DNA of 64,000 nucleotides from an uncultured Bacillota bacterium (GTDB lineage Bacteria > Sysuimicrobiota > Sysuimicrobiia > Sysuimicrobiales > Segetimicrobiaceae), in the NCBI GenBank assembly GCA_963804645.1, contig CAWDRG010000009.1:1-64000 (forward strand). The letters are read 5' to 3'. Under the pieces are notes generated by a model that was not told where the DNA came from, made no database searches, and worked only from the letters and a program-made list of their open reading frames with translations. Both the position numbers and the translations under genes were made by a program. Below, one piece after another: positions 17,156 through 27,369 of this stretch (position 1 is the stretch's first letter; the number at the start of each line of letters is the position of its first letter).

Positions 17156-18736
17156 TCACCGCAGGCTCCACGTTTCCGGGAGCGTCGTGCCGAACGTCGT
17201 CACCTCGTAGCCGCGCACATTGGCCGCGACCGCATCGCTGCTCACGTGCCAGAGCAGAAAGATCACGGGCACATCCCGGTACTCGAGCTGTTGAATGCGG
17301 TCGTACACCGCACGCCGCCGCGCGGGATCGACCGCGCGGTCCGCCTCGTCGAGCAGCGCGTCCATCTCCTGATTGCTGTAGCGCTCCGAGTTCTCGCCGG
17401 GACTGTTGGCGTCCTTGGGAATGTACGCGGTCGCCCAGTTGATGCGGTTCTCCGGGAACACGCCCTGCCCCCAGGCGAAGATCAGCGCCGCGTCCTGGCC
17501 GTTCCACTGAGGCCCGTTCTGCCCGAACAGCGCCGCCGAGCTCACGGCGTGGGTATCGGTGGCCACGCCGAGCGCCCGCCATGCCTGCGCGATCACCTGC
17601 ATCGCCTGCACATAGTAGGACCGCGACGATACGGTCCACAGCGGCACCTCCAGGCGCTTGCCTCCCTTGACGAGCACGCCTCCGGCACCGGGGACGAATC
17701 CGTCCGCGAGCAGCAGCGCACGCGCGCGGGCCGGATCGTACGGCCGCGGCGTCAGGCTGCGGTCGGCCCACGGCCCGTTCGGCACCATGTCGCTCACGGC
17801 CGGCTGCGCTTCGCCGCGCATCACGTCCTTGATGATCGGCGCCTTCGGCGTCGCGAAATCGAGCGCCTGACGGACCTGGACGTCCCGGAGAAACCCGAAC
17901 TCGTCCAACTGCACCAAGGCGTACACGGGCGAGAGGTAGCGAATGAGCGTGACTCCCGGAAACCGGCGGACGTCGTCGAGTCGGGCCGGCGGCACGCCGC
18001 CGAGCACGCTCAGCTCGCCGGCCTGCAGGAGGTTCACCTGCGTGTTCTGATTCGGGACGATCCGCACGATGATGCGCGCGAGCGCGGGCGCGGTCCCCCA
18101 GAAGTCCCGGTTCGGCACAAGCGTCACGTGATCGTCGCTCACGAACTCCGACACCGCAAACGGGCCCGTGCCGATCGGCTTCTGGTTGAACGGAGCGCGG
18201 TTGATCTGGTCGCCCGTCATCCCGGCGAAGACGTGCCGCGGCACGATCGGCGCACCCACCACCTGCTCCCGAAACGGCGCGTATGGTTCCTTGAGATGAA
18301 ACTCGACCGTCCCGGGCGACGGCGCGTCGACGCGTGCGATCTTGTCGAACCCGGTCGCATAGCTGATGTGCACGTCCTTGTTGGTCACCAACTGCCACGT
18401 ATACACGACATCGGCGGAGGTGAACGGCTGTCCGTCCGACCAGCGCACGCCGGGCCTGAGACGATAGGTCCACGTCAGCCCGTCCGGGCTGACGCGCTCC
18501 CCGACCGCCAGCGCGGGCTCCCACGCGCCCCGCAAATTCACCCGGTAGAGGCTGTCGAACACGTATCGGTACACCTGCTCGCTGTCGAGCAGACTGTGCA
18601 GATAGGGGTTCAGGTTGTCGGGGTTATCGGAGATGACCGTGACGAACGAGGCTGGGGCAGATTGCGCGGCCGCGAGCCCCGCGGGCATTCCCATGAACAC
18701 CGCACAGAGTCCCAGCCAGAGAAGCGTATGACGCAA
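17156..18736 (-). CDS. Peptide ABC transporter substrate-binding protein (family 5)
   Basis: TTG start after GGGAGG, signal peptide, WSDGQPFTSADV and PIGTGPF. Confidence 0.92.
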   Translation of the reverse strand: MRHTLLWLGLCAVFMGMPAGLAAAQSAPASFVTVISDNPDNLNPYLHSLLDSEQVYRYVFDSLYRVNLRGAWEPALAVGERVSPDGLTWTYRLRPGVRWSDGQPFTSADVVYTWQLVTNKDVHISYATGFDKIARVDAPSPGTVEFHLKEPYAPFREQVVGAPIVPRHVFAGMTGDQINRAPFNQKPIGTGPFAVSEFVSDDHVTLVPNRDFWGTAPALARIIVRIVPNQNTQVNLLQAGELSVLGGVPPARLDDVRRFPGVTLIRYLSPVYALVQLDEFGFLRDVQVRQALDFATPKAPIIKDVMRGEAQPAVSDMVPNGPWADRSLTPRPYDPARARALLLADGFVPGAGGVLVKGGKRLEVPLWTVSSRSYYVQAMQVIAQAWRALGVATDTHAVSSAALFGQNGPQWNGQDAALIFAWGQGVFPENRINWATAYIPKDANSPGENSERYSNQEMDALLDEADRAVDPARRRAVYDRIQQLEYRDVPVIFLLWHVSSDAVAANVRGYEVTTFGTTLPETWSLR

Positions 18737-18852
18737 TGAACCCTCCCGCAGCGTGGATGACCGGCCGCGAACCTTTCCCCATTTTAGATGGGGTCGGTGG
18801 CCACCGCAACCACGCGGGATCACCCCGACGCACCACGCCGGGATTTGTTCGC

Positions 18853-18881
18853 TTGCCAGAACCGACCCGGCCCGATAGGAT
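18853..18881 (+). promoter_or_regulatory. sigma70-type promoter of tRNA-Ser
   Basis: TTGCCA-N17-TAGGAT, 7 nt before the tRNA. Confidence 0.65.
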
Positions 18882-18888
18882 AGCAGGC

Positions 18889-18979
18889 GGAGGGGTGGCC
18901 GAGCGGTCCAAGGCAACGGTTTGCTAAACCGTGACTCCTTAACCGGGGTCCGTGGGTTCGAATCCCACCCCCTCCGCCA
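18889..18979 (+). tRNA. tRNA-Ser (anticodon GCT)
   Basis: GGAGGGG...ACGGT TTGCTAA ACCGT, long variable arm, GTGGG TTCGAAT CCCAC CCCCTCC GCCA. Confidence 0.96.
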
Positions 18980-19210
18980 CGCAGCCCCCGCAGGCGATCG
19001 CCGAGCACCACGGTTACTCCGCGGCACACCAGGCCGAGGGTCGCCTTGCGACTGCCGATGCCGCGACACCCTCTCTCCGCGCTGCACTCGAGTTCACGGT
19101 AATCGTCTGGCCCGCTTCGCGCCGGCTGAGGAGTTCCCGGCCTAACGCGCGCCCGCACCTCCCCCACCCCTGATCGACGCCGGCCGTCAGCGCCGGCGCG
19201 CGCCCGCGTG

Positions 19211-19408
19211 TACGATCCGGAACATCCCGGCCAGGCGGGCACGCCGGACAAGGAAGGCTCTCCGAACACGCTGACGCTGGACATCGACACCTCCAAAGTC
19301 GCGCAGGCGAACATCGCGCACACCGCGCTCGTGGAGGTTGAGAGATACGCCGGACCGACGCCGGCGCCGGTCACCGCCTACATACCGCTGGCTATCAAAT
19401 CGTCGTAG
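19211..19408 (+). pseudogene. Orphan C-terminal fragment of a TorA/BisC-type molybdopterin oxidoreductase
   Basis: YDP...[31 protein letters not shown] resembles the TorA/BisC C-terminus (recalled as GNPNVLTxDIGTSxLAQ..AHTxLVEIEKY). No upstream body is present. Confidence 0.8.
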
Positions 19409-19520
19409 TGCGGCGACCGCGCGCTTGACCCAGCGGGGCGGCACGAATGTGTGCCGCCCCGTGCACGTCGCGCCTGTCTCTTGCCGACGAACTCAGCGTG
19501 GCCGATAATGGGGAGTGGCC

Positions 19521-20138
19521 ATGCTGACACGCCCACGGAGAGTGCTCAGGTCCCCGTCCCACGCCCGACCGCGTGCCGGGAAGCGTAGACCGAAGCAGAG
19601 CGGCCCGCCGTCGAGGTTCCGCATCCGGCCGGCCACGTCGAAGGACGCGCCGACGGTCTTCGCGCTCGTCCGCGGCCTGGCCGAGTACGAACGGCGACGC
19701 GTCGCGGGCAACGTCACCGCGGCCCGGCTGCGGCGTGACGGGTTTGGACGCCACCGATACTTTCAGGCCCTGCTGTGTCTCGAGGGACGAACGCCCGTGG
19801 GATTCGCGCTGTACTTCTACGCGTATTCGACGTTCCTCGGCCAGCCGATCCTCTACCTCGAAGACCTCTTCGTGGTCCCACGCGCGCGCGGACGCGGCGT
19901 GGGCAGGGCGCTGCTGGCCGCGGTCGCCCGCGTCGCCGTCGAGAAGCACTGCGTCCGCATGATGTGGTCGGTCCTGCGGTGGAACGCGCCGGCGTTCCGC
20001 TTCTACCGGCAGCTCGGCGCCACCATACCCGAACCCACCTGGAAGTCGATGTGGCTCGCAGGCCCGGCGCTTCGCCGGCTCGCACGCGGGAACGGCACGC
20101 GCCTCACGCCGTCGCGCCGCCCCCACGCCGGCGCCTGA
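19521..20138 (+). CDS. GNAT N-acetyltransferase (diamine acetyltransferase-like)
   Basis: GFALYFYAYSTF...LYLEDLFV...RGRGVG...WNAPA..FY. Confidence 0.9.
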   Translation: MLTRPRRVLRSPSHARPRAGKRRPKQSGPPSRFRIRPATSKDAPTVFALVRGLAEYERRRVAGNVTAARLRRDGFGRHRYFQALLCLEGRTPVGFALYFYAYSTFLGQPILYLEDLFVVPRARGRGVGRALLAAVARVAVEKHCVRMMWSVLRWNAPAFRFYRQLGATIPEPTWKSMWLAGPALRRLARGNGTRLTPSRRPHAGA

Positions 20139-20187
20139 GGCGGGCCCCGGAAGGAACGCGCGCGGCACGATCGAACCTTCCGCCGGG

Positions 20188-21276
20188 ATGGGCCGCGGCC
20201 GCGCGCGTGATCTCGGCATCGTCATCGGGCAACTGCCGCCCGGATCCCACAACGCCATCACCGACGTTCCCGGAGTCCTCGTCGGCCACTGCACACTGAT
20301 CGCCGACACCCCCCGCACGGTGCGCACCGGCGTCACCATGATCGTGCCCCGGGCCGGCGCGATCTGGACCGATGCCGCCTTCGCCGGCGTGCACGCGTTC
20401 AACGGATGCGGCGAGATGACGGGCGTCGCATGGATCGACGAGTCGGGAATGCTCGAGACGCCGATCGGGATCACGAATACGCACGCGGTCGGCGTGGTGC
20501 GGGACGCGCTCGTCGCGTACGGCGTGGCCCACGGCCACGTGCCCCGGTTCACCCTGCCGGTCGTCGCGGAAACCTACGACGGCTGGCTCAACGACATCAA
20601 CGCGTTCAGCGTCACGCAGGCGCACGCGCTTCACGCGCTCGAGGCCGCCCGGGGCGGCCCGGTCGACGAGGGCAACGTCGGCGGCGGCACCGGCATGCGG
20701 TGCCACGGGTTCAAGGGCGGCATCGGCACGGCGTCCCGGATCGTCGCCGTCCGGAGCGGCCGATACGCGGTCGGCGCGCTGGTCCAAGCGAACTACGGCC
20801 TCATGCGGCACCTGCGCATCGACGGGGTTCCGGTCGGCCGGGAGCTCGATCCGAGCGGAGCGCCGCCTGATCCCGCCGGGCCGGGCGGATCCATCATCGC
20901 GATCGTCGCGACCGATGCGCCGCTCTTGCCGATCCAATGCCGGAGACTCGCCCGGCGCGCGACCGTGGGGCTCAGCCGCGTCGGCGGGCTCGGCCACAAC
21001 TCCAGCGGCGATCTATTTCTCGCGTTTGCGACCGGGAACTCCCTGCCCGCCGATGCCCCCGAGGCGTACCGCGTACGCATGCTGCCGCACCCCGAGCTCG
21101 ACCTGTTCTTCGAGGCGGTCGCCGATGTCGTCGAAGAATCGATCTTGAACGCCCTGGTGGCGGCGGAGACGATGCCGGGGTTCCAAGGAACGCTTCGCGC
21201 CCTTCCTCTCGACGACGTGCGCACGATCATGGCGCGCTACCGGCCGGACATCCGCCGCCGGAATTTGGAATCGTGA
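20188..21276 (+). CDS. DmpA/P1-family (S58) aminopeptidase
   Basis: NAITDVPGV, EGNVGGGTGM, KGGIGTASR, G|SII self-cleavage site, SGDLFLAF. Confidence 0.93.
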   Translation: MGRGRARDLGIVIGQLPPGSHNAITDVPGVLVGHCTLIADTPRTVRTGVTMIVPRAGAIWTDAAFAGVHAFNGCGEMTGVAWIDESGMLETPIGITNTHAVGVVRDALVAYGVAHGHVPRFTLPVVAETYDGWLNDINAFSVTQAHALHALEAARGGPVDEGNVGGGTGMRCHGFKGGIGTASRIVAVRSGRYAVGALVQANYGLMRHLRIDGVPVGRELDPSGAPPDPAGPGGSIIAIVATDAPLLPIQCRRLARRATVGLSRVGGLGHNSSGDLFLAFATGNSLPADAPEAYRVRMLPHPELDLFFEAVADVVEESILNALVAAETMPGFQGTLRALPLDDVRTIMARYRPDIRRRNLES

Positions 21277-21280
21277 CGAC

Positions 21281-21294
21281 CGAACATGTGTTCG
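21281..21294. promoter_or_regulatory. LexA (Cheo-type SOS) box
   Basis: CGAAC-ATGT-GTTCG is a perfect match to CGAACRNRYGTTYG and is intergenic. Confidence 0.65.
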
Positions 21295-21364
21295 CTGCGC
21301 CGCCGCATGAAATCGGGCCCCTCTATGGTATGCAGATCGCGAACGGGGGTACGTAGTAACTGAC

Positions 21365-24300
21365 GTGATGCCTCTTTCTCGAGGGACCATCCCAACCGGC
21401 GCGGGTGGGACTGGGGAACTTCTGCGGCGCATATCCGGCTCGGAGATATGGGCGGTGGTCTGCGCCATCCTCATGCCGATCTGCGTCACGCTCGCGGGTC
21501 AATTGATACGCCTCGGCCTTCCCCGCGCGGGCTTTTCGTTCGTGTACATACCGGCAACCGCGCTGGTCGCGTACGTCTACGGGCGCCGCGCCGGCGTCAT
21601 CACCGGCACGCTGTCGCTGCTCCTGGCCTGGCGTCTGTTCATCGGGCCCGGCTACTCATTCGCGCTGGACGCAACGGCGCTCATCACGCTCGGGCTCTAC
21701 GGCGCCTCGCTGTTCTCCGTCGTCATCGGCATGGAACACATCGCCGGGCAGCGGGAGTCGAACGAAGTGGCCGCGCGGACGCAGTCCCGCCTCGCGGTCA
21801 TCGTCGAATCGTCGAACGACGCGATCCTGAGCAAGACGCTCGACGGCGTAATTCTGACCTGGAATGCGGCGGCGGCACGGCTGTTCGGGTACACCCCGGC
21901 CGACGTCATCGGCCGGTCCGTGACCATGCTTGCGCCCCCGGACCGTGTTGGAGAAATCCAGGGGATTCTTGCGCGCCTCCGGCAAGGACAGCACATCGAC
22001 CACTACGAGAGTGTCCGCGTACGAAGAGACGGGACGCGTCTGGATGTCAGCCTCACGATCTCGCCGATCCGGGATTCCGCGGGGCACGTCGTCGCCGCCT
22101 CAACGATCACGCGGGATATCTCGGACCGCAAGCGCATCGAGCGGCAGCAGCGGCTGATCATCGAGGCGACGGAGGCGCTCACGGAGACGCTCGATCTGCG
22201 CGCCCGGGTCGAGTCGTTCGTGGCGCGCCTGGTACCGGCGATGGGCGACTCGTGCGGCATCGCGCTCGCCGACGAGGACGAACGCCACGACATCGTCGCC
22301 GCGTACCGCGACCCCGAACACACGGAACTCGTACGCCGGGTCTCCGTGGGTCAACCGTGCCCCGACGCATCCGTCCCTGCGCACGTGATCCGTACTAACC
22401 GCGCCGAGCTGTACCCGGACGTCGCGGACACGCTCCTCGAGGCGATCGTGCCGGACGAGGACCACCGCGCCGCCCTGCGCCGGCTGCGCGTGCGCTCCGC
22501 GCTGATCGTCCCCCTCACCGCGAGGGGGCGGACGCTCGGCGCGATGACGTGGATCGCCTGCGAACCGCGGAGCCGGTACGACGCGGCGGATCTGGTGTTC
22601 GCCGAAGAGCTGGCCAGCCACGCCGCGCTCGCGGTCGACAACGCACGGCTGCATGAAATCGCGCAGCAGCAGCGCGCCGCGGCCGAGCGCGTCGCGGATC
22701 GCCTCGGACGGCTGCAGACGGTGTCCGCCGCGCTGTCCGAGGCGCTCACGCTGCACCAGGTCGCCGATGTCGCCACGGGGCACGCGGTGCACGTGCTCGG
22801 CGCCCGGGCGGCGGCACTCTCGCTGTTCACACCCGACGGCGCGACGCTCGAGCTCATCCGCTCCGTCGGTTATCCGGCGGAGCTCATCGCCCGCTGGCGG
22901 CACTTCGAGCCTCAGGAGATCGAGGTGATCGCGGACGCGATCGACGACGGCAAGGTCGTGTGCCACGAGAGCCAGAACGTGTTTCGGACGCGGTATCCTC
23001 GGCGCGGCGAGCCGCTCCCGCCCGGGCTCGCGGGGGGTGCGCGCGCCGCGGTCCCGCTGATGTCGCGCGGGCAGGCGATCGGTGTCTTGTACATGAACTT
23101 CACGGACCCGCGCGGATTCGCCCCGGACGATCTCGATCTGATGCTGACGCTCGGACGCCTGTGTGCGCAGGCATGCGAGCGCGCGCGGCTCTATGAGCAG
23201 GAACATCGGGTCGCCGAGACGCTGCAGCACGCGTTTCTGCCGGCCGCGCTGCCGCAGATTCCGGGCGTCACGCTCGACGCGGCGTACCGGCCGGGCGTAC
23301 GAGACACGGCGCTCGGGGGCGACTGGTACGACGTATTCCAGCTGCCCGACGGACGCGTGGCCTTGTCCATCGGAGACGTCGTCGGACACGGGCTCCGCGC
23401 CGCGATCGTGATGGGGCAGGTCCGGCAGTCGATCCGCGCCGCGGCGCTGGAGGACTCCCGCCCCTCCCGGGTCCTGAGGCGGGCGAACGAAGTGCTGCGG
23501 CTCACGTACTCGCTGGAGGGCATGGCGACCGCGCTGTTCGGGATCTTCACTCCGGCCACGTCGACGTTTACCTACGCCGCCGCCGGCCATCCCGCGCCCG
23601 CGTTGATCGGGGTGGATCGCGAGCCCGAGATCCTCATGTCGGGTGGTGTGCCGCTGGGCTACATCGGCGTCGAGGACCCGCCGTCGCACACGCTGACGCT
23701 CCCCGCCGGCACGCTCCTCGCGTTCTACACCGACGGGCTCACGGAGACCGCGCGCGACCCGGTCGCCGGGGAAGCGGCGCTCATGGATGCCCTGCGGCGC
23801 GAGATCGCGACCCCGTCCACGAACCACGCCGCGGCGATCGTCGAGCGCGTGCTCGGCGCGCGCGACGCCACCGATGATATCGCCGTAATCACGCTGAGCG
23901 TCCACGAGGTCCCGCTCGAAGAGTTCGAGCTGACCCTGCCCGCGGAACCGGCGAGCGCCCCGCTGATGCGGCAGGCGCTCCGCAAGTTGATCGCGGCGAT
24001 CGGCAGCGACGAGCAGGAAGCTGCCGCGATCACAGTCGCGACCGGGGAAGCGGTGAACAACGCGATCGAGCACGCGTACGGCGCGGCAAGCGGCGTGGTG
24101 CGCATCCGAGCCCGGCATGACGGCACCCACCTGCACGTGGACGTCGAGGACGAGGGCACGTGGCGGCCCGGCCGGGCGCCGGACGGCGGCGGTCACGGCC
24201 TCTCCCTCATGAGGGCGCTCGTCGACAGCGTCGACGTCATCACCTCACCGACGGGGACCCGGGTCTCGCTTGCGACCGCCATCCGCGCGTCGCGGCCGCT

Positions 24301-24865
24301 GCCCGTCTGGGCCCGCGTCGAGGTCGACGACGCGCCATCGCGCGCAACGGCACTGAACGGCGCGGCGCCTCCGGCCGGGGCGAAGGCCGGCGGCCCGCGC
24401 CCCGGGGGCCCGGGCGATGACCGGCGCCCACGCCCAACGGAGCCGGCTGGCGGTGACCCGGCCGCGGAGGATGTACCACATCGTCCGGCCACGTTCGAGA
24501 TCGCTGAACTCAATCACATCCCCGTCGTGGCGGTCTCCGGCGACCTCGACATGACCGGGTCGGACCGGTTCCGAGACACGCTGGAGCGCGCGGCGCGCAC
24601 GGAGTCCACGGCGGTCGTCGTCTCGCTGGCCGGGGCGTCCTATCTCGACAGCCACTCGATTCGGACGCTGTTCCAGTTCGGACGGCGCCTGGCGACCAAC
24701 CGGCGGTGCCTGGTGCTGGCCGTGCCCCCCGCGCTGCCGTTCGACCGGGTGCTGCGCGTCGCAGGGCTGGATCGCGCGTTTCGGGTCGAGGAGTCGCTCG
24801 AGCAGGCCGTCGCCTGCATGGCCATCCCGAGCGTCCCGCCCGACCTGCCCCGCAACGGCGCCTAA
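21365..24865 (+). CDS. Membrane sensor (DUF4118-like)-PAS-GAF-GAF-SpoIIE phosphatase-HATPase (RsbW-like)-STAS fusion protein
   Basis: TM block; PAS (IVESSNDAI); two GAFs; PP2C motifs GGDWYD, GDVVGHG, YTDGL, DDIA; EAVNNAIEHAY/GGHGL; STAS VSGDLD...YLDS. Confidence 0.9.
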   Translation: MMPLSRGTIPTGAGGTGELLRRISGSEIWAVVCAILMPICVTLAGQLIRLGLPRAGFSFVYIPATALVAYVYGRRAGVITGTLSLLLAWRLFIGPGYSFALDATALITLGLYGASLFSVVIGMEHIAGQRESNEVAARTQSRLAVIVESSNDAILSKTLDGVILTWNAAAARLFGYTPADVIGRSVTMLAPPDRVGEIQGILARLRQGQHIDHYESVRVRRDGTRLDVSLTISPIRDSAGHVVAASTITRDISDRKRIERQQRLIIEATEALTETLDLRARVESFVARLVPAMGDSCGIALADEDERHDIVAAYRDPEHTELVRRVSVGQPCPDASVPAHVIRTNRAELYPDVADTLLEAIVPDEDHRAALRRLRVRSALIVPLTARGRTLGAMTWIACEPRSRYDAADLVFAEELASHAALAVDNARLHEIAQQQRAAAERVADRLGRLQTVSAALSEALTLHQVADVATGHAVHVLGARAAALSLFTPDGATLELIRSVGYPAELIARWRHFEPQEIEVIADAIDDGKVVCHESQNVFRTRYPRRGEPLPPGLAGGARAAVPLMSRGQAIGVLYMNFTDPRGFAPDDLDLMLTLGRLCAQACERARLYEQEHRVAETLQHAFLPAALPQIPGVTLDAAYRPGVRDTALGGDWYDVFQLPDGRVALSIGDVVGHGLRAAIVMGQVRQSIRAAALEDSRPSRVLRRANEVLRLTYSLEGMATALFGIFTPATSTFTYAAAGHPAPALIGVDREPEILMSGGVPLGYIGVEDPPSHTLTLPAGTLLAFYTDGLTETARDPVAGEAALMDALRREIATPSTNHAAAIVERVLGARDATDDIAVITLSVHEVPLEEFELTLPAEPASAPLMRQALRKLIAAIGSDEQEAAAITVATGEAVNNAIEHAYGAASGVVRIRARHDGTHLHVDVEDEGTWRPGRAPDGGGHGLSLMRALVDSVDVITSPTGTRVSLATAIRASRPLPVWARVEVDDAPSRATALNGAAPPAGAKAGGPRPGGPGDDRRPRPTEPAGGDPAAEDVPHRPATFEIAELNHIPVVAVSGDLDMTGSDRFRDTLERAARTESTAVVVSLAGASYLDSHSIRTLFQFGRRLATNRRCLVLAVPPALPFDRVLRVAGLDRAFRVEESLEQAVACMAIPSVPPDLPRNGA

Positions 24866-24895
24866 CCGCCCCGTCCCGCCGCAACACAGGAGGCG

Positions 24896-25681
24896 GTGCG
24901 CCGCCGCAAGAAGTCCCTGCACACGATGAGCATCTATCGACGGTTCGCGGAAGCGTACGCCAAAGCCGGGCGCGGCCGGTTCAGCTTGGAGCTTGTCCCA
25001 TGGGTCACCGCGGTGTTCGAGCGGTTCGGGGCCGCGCCCACCTCACTGGTCGACGTCGCGTGCGGCGCCGGCGAGTTCGCGCTGGCGATGGCGCGGAGCG
25101 GGATCGCGGTGACCGGCGTGGACCAGTCGCCTGAGATGCTGGCCCTCGCGCGGCAGAGCGCTGCGGCGAGCGGCGTGCCGATCACCCTGCTCGAGCAGGA
25201 CATGCGCGAGCTCGTCGTCCCGGCGTCCGTCGACGCGGCCACGTGCCTGTACGACAGCCTGAATTATCTCGTGGACGAGGCCGAGTTCCGGCGCACCCTC
25301 GCGGCCGTTGCCGTGGCCCTCCGGCCGAACGGCCTGTTCCTCTTCGACATGATCACGCTCCGAGGCCTCGCCGAACGATGGGGCAACCGGACCTGGATCA
25401 TTCAGGACACGGACGACGCGTTTGAAGCCGACCAGAGCCATTTCGACTACGACACGGGCATCGCCACGCTCCGGGTGAACGCGTTCCTGCACCGGCGGGA
25501 AGGCCTCTATGAACGGATCGAGGAAGTCCACCGCGAGCGGGGATATCCCGTCCCCGTGATCGACGCGGCGCTCGCGGCAACCGGATTCGAGCGGCTGGGC
25601 TGCTGGAGCAGCCCCACGTTCGATGCGGTGACGCCGGACACGGCCCGCGTCTTCTACGCGGTGCGCCGCGGCCGCGCCTGA
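24896..25681 (+). CDS. Class I SAM-dependent methyltransferase
   Basis: VDVACGAGE, GVDQSPEML, QDMREL, YDSLNYL. Confidence 0.9.
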   Translation: MRRRKKSLHTMSIYRRFAEAYAKAGRGRFSLELVPWVTAVFERFGAAPTSLVDVACGAGEFALAMARSGIAVTGVDQSPEMLALARQSAAASGVPITLLEQDMRELVVPASVDAATCLYDSLNYLVDEAEFRRTLAAVAVALRPNGLFLFDMITLRGLAERWGNRTWIIQDTDDAFEADQSHFDYDTGIATLRVNAFLHRREGLYERIEEVHRERGYPVPVIDAALAATGFERLGCWSSPTFDAVTPDTARVFYAVRRGRA

Positions 25682-25697
25682 GCCCCGGCGGACGCGC

Positions 25698-26633
25698 TCA
25701 CCCCTCGACGCCCCCAAGCAGCGCCTGGAGCGCCAGCGCATTGTGCGCCATGTTCCCGCGGACGTGGTTGTTGAACATCACGAAGACCCGCTCGGCGCGC
25801 GCGCCGAGGCGATCGGCGACCGCGGCCCACCCGCGCAGCTCGTCCGCCCCGTACGCGTAGTCGTACCGCTCATCGGTGCTGGCGCCGGCGCGCGCCCACC
25901 CGTCCCGATTCCGCCCGTGCAGCCGCACCACGGCCCAGTCCGACGTCACCGCCTCCACGGGCGGCATCAACCAGGGCAGATCCGGAAGGTCCACCATGAC
26001 GTAGGCGCACCCCTCACGCGACAGCCGTTCGAGCGCCTCCGGATGGCGCGACCACTCCCGGTGGCGAAACTCGACAGCGACGTGGCAGCCGGGCAGCTGC
26101 TGCGTCCACCCGTGCACCTCGTCGAGCACCGCCTCGGAAAACCGGGTGCTCGGCGGCAGCTGGAACAGCACGTATCCCAGCTTGCCGCGTTCCGCCAGCG
26201 GGGCGAGGAACTCCCGGAACTGATCCCAGCACGCGTTCACGAACTCCTCCGGCGCATCGCGGAGCCGGAATTCGGGCGCCTGCCTGACGCGCTCCGGGAG
26301 CAGATCGGCGAGGCCGCGGGGCAGCCGCGGTGTCGCGACCGCGTGCCCGGTAAACAAGCCGAACGCCTTGGCGTGCATCACGAACTCGGGCGGCGTCTCT
26401 TCCGCCCAGCGCCGGCTGTACGACGGCGGAAGGAGCGCGAAGTATGACGCATCGACCTCCACGGCGGGGAAGCGCGTCGCGTAGAACCTGAGGCGGTCGG
26501 ACGCGCTCCGGACCGTCCGCGGGTAGAAGTCGCTCCGCACAAACGACTTCTCCGCCCAGGAACATGTGCCGACGTAGATGCGGCCCCGGATCGGCTTCGG
26601 CCACGCCTGGTCGAGCAGCGAGAGCTGTCCCAT
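25698..26633 (-). CDS. DUF72 (YecE-like) protein
   Basis: IYVGTCSW, VEVDASYF, LFQLPP, AVEFRH, VRLHGRN, MFNN. Confidence 0.92.
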   Translation of the reverse strand: MGQLSLLDQAWPKPIRGRIYVGTCSWAEKSFVRSDFYPRTVRSASDRLRFYATRFPAVEVDASYFALLPPSYSRRWAEETPPEFVMHAKAFGLFTGHAVATPRLPRGLADLLPERVRQAPEFRLRDAPEEFVNACWDQFREFLAPLAERGKLGYVLFQLPPSTRFSEAVLDEVHGWTQQLPGCHVAVEFRHREWSRHPEALERLSREGCAYVMVDLPDLPWLMPPVEAVTSDWAVVRLHGRNRDGWARAGASTDERYDYAYGADELRGWAAVADRLGARAERVFVMFNNHVRGNMAHNALALQALLGGVEG

Positions 26634-26638
26634 CCCCG

Positions 26639-27352
26639 TCACCCGATGCCGGAGGAGACCGCGCCGGGATCCGCGGCGAGCCGGATCACCGGCAGGCGCC
26701 CGTGCGGCAGCCGCGGAGGCACCGCCAGCGCGCCGGCGCGCACGTCCGCCAGGCCGTCGAGCAGGCCCGCGACATCGATCCCGTGCGCCGCCGGCGCGTA
26801 GGGCCGCAGGTTCACGATCGCCTTCGCGAGCAGCGCGTCCGTGCCGTGCACGTTTCCCTTCTCGAAGTGGTAGCAGCCGGCCGCCGCCTGGATCAGCCCG
26901 TGATAGAATGCGCGGTCCCCGCGGTCCGCGGCCCGCCACGGCCGCTCGAGATACTCGTGGCACTCGAAGAACAGCCCGGCGTTGAACAGGACCACCGCGC
27001 GCCAGACGACGGCGGAAAGCCCCTGCGGCGCCGGACCGCGCAGCACGCGCACGGCGTCGGCCGCGCGCGCCGTCTGCCGCGCGGCGTACGCCGCGTGGGA
27101 GGCGAAGATCGGATCGAGACCGACAAGACGCGCGCCTCCGGCTTCCACGCACACGCCGGTCGCGAGCAGGCGGCGCCGGACTTCCTCGGGAGTCAGCCCG
27201 GCCGCGCGGGCGAGATCGTCCACGGGCGCGGAAGCGCCGCGGTCGGACGCCGCGCACGCGGCGAGCGCCTCGACCGTCGGCGCCTCCCGGGAATCGTCCA
27301 CGGCCGCAAGCACCGCCGCGGACAGCGCGTGCTTCAGCCTGACGTAGGCCAT
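26639..27352 (-). CDS. DUF309 domain protein
   Basis: LFNAGLFFECHEYLE..W...FYHGLIQ.A. Confidence 0.85.
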   Translation of the reverse strand: MAYVRLKHALSAAVLAAVDDSREAPTVEALAACAASDRGASAPVDDLARAAGLTPEEVRRRLLATGVCVEAGGARLVGLDPIFASHAAYAARQTARAADAVRVLRGPAPQGLSAVVWRAVVLFNAGLFFECHEYLERPWRAADRGDRAFYHGLIQAAAGCYHFEKGNVHGTDALLAKAIVNLRPYAPAAHGIDVAGLLDGLADVRAGALAVPPRLPHGRLPVIRLAADPGAVSSGIG

Positions 27353-27369
27353 GCCGGTGCGCGGGTCGG

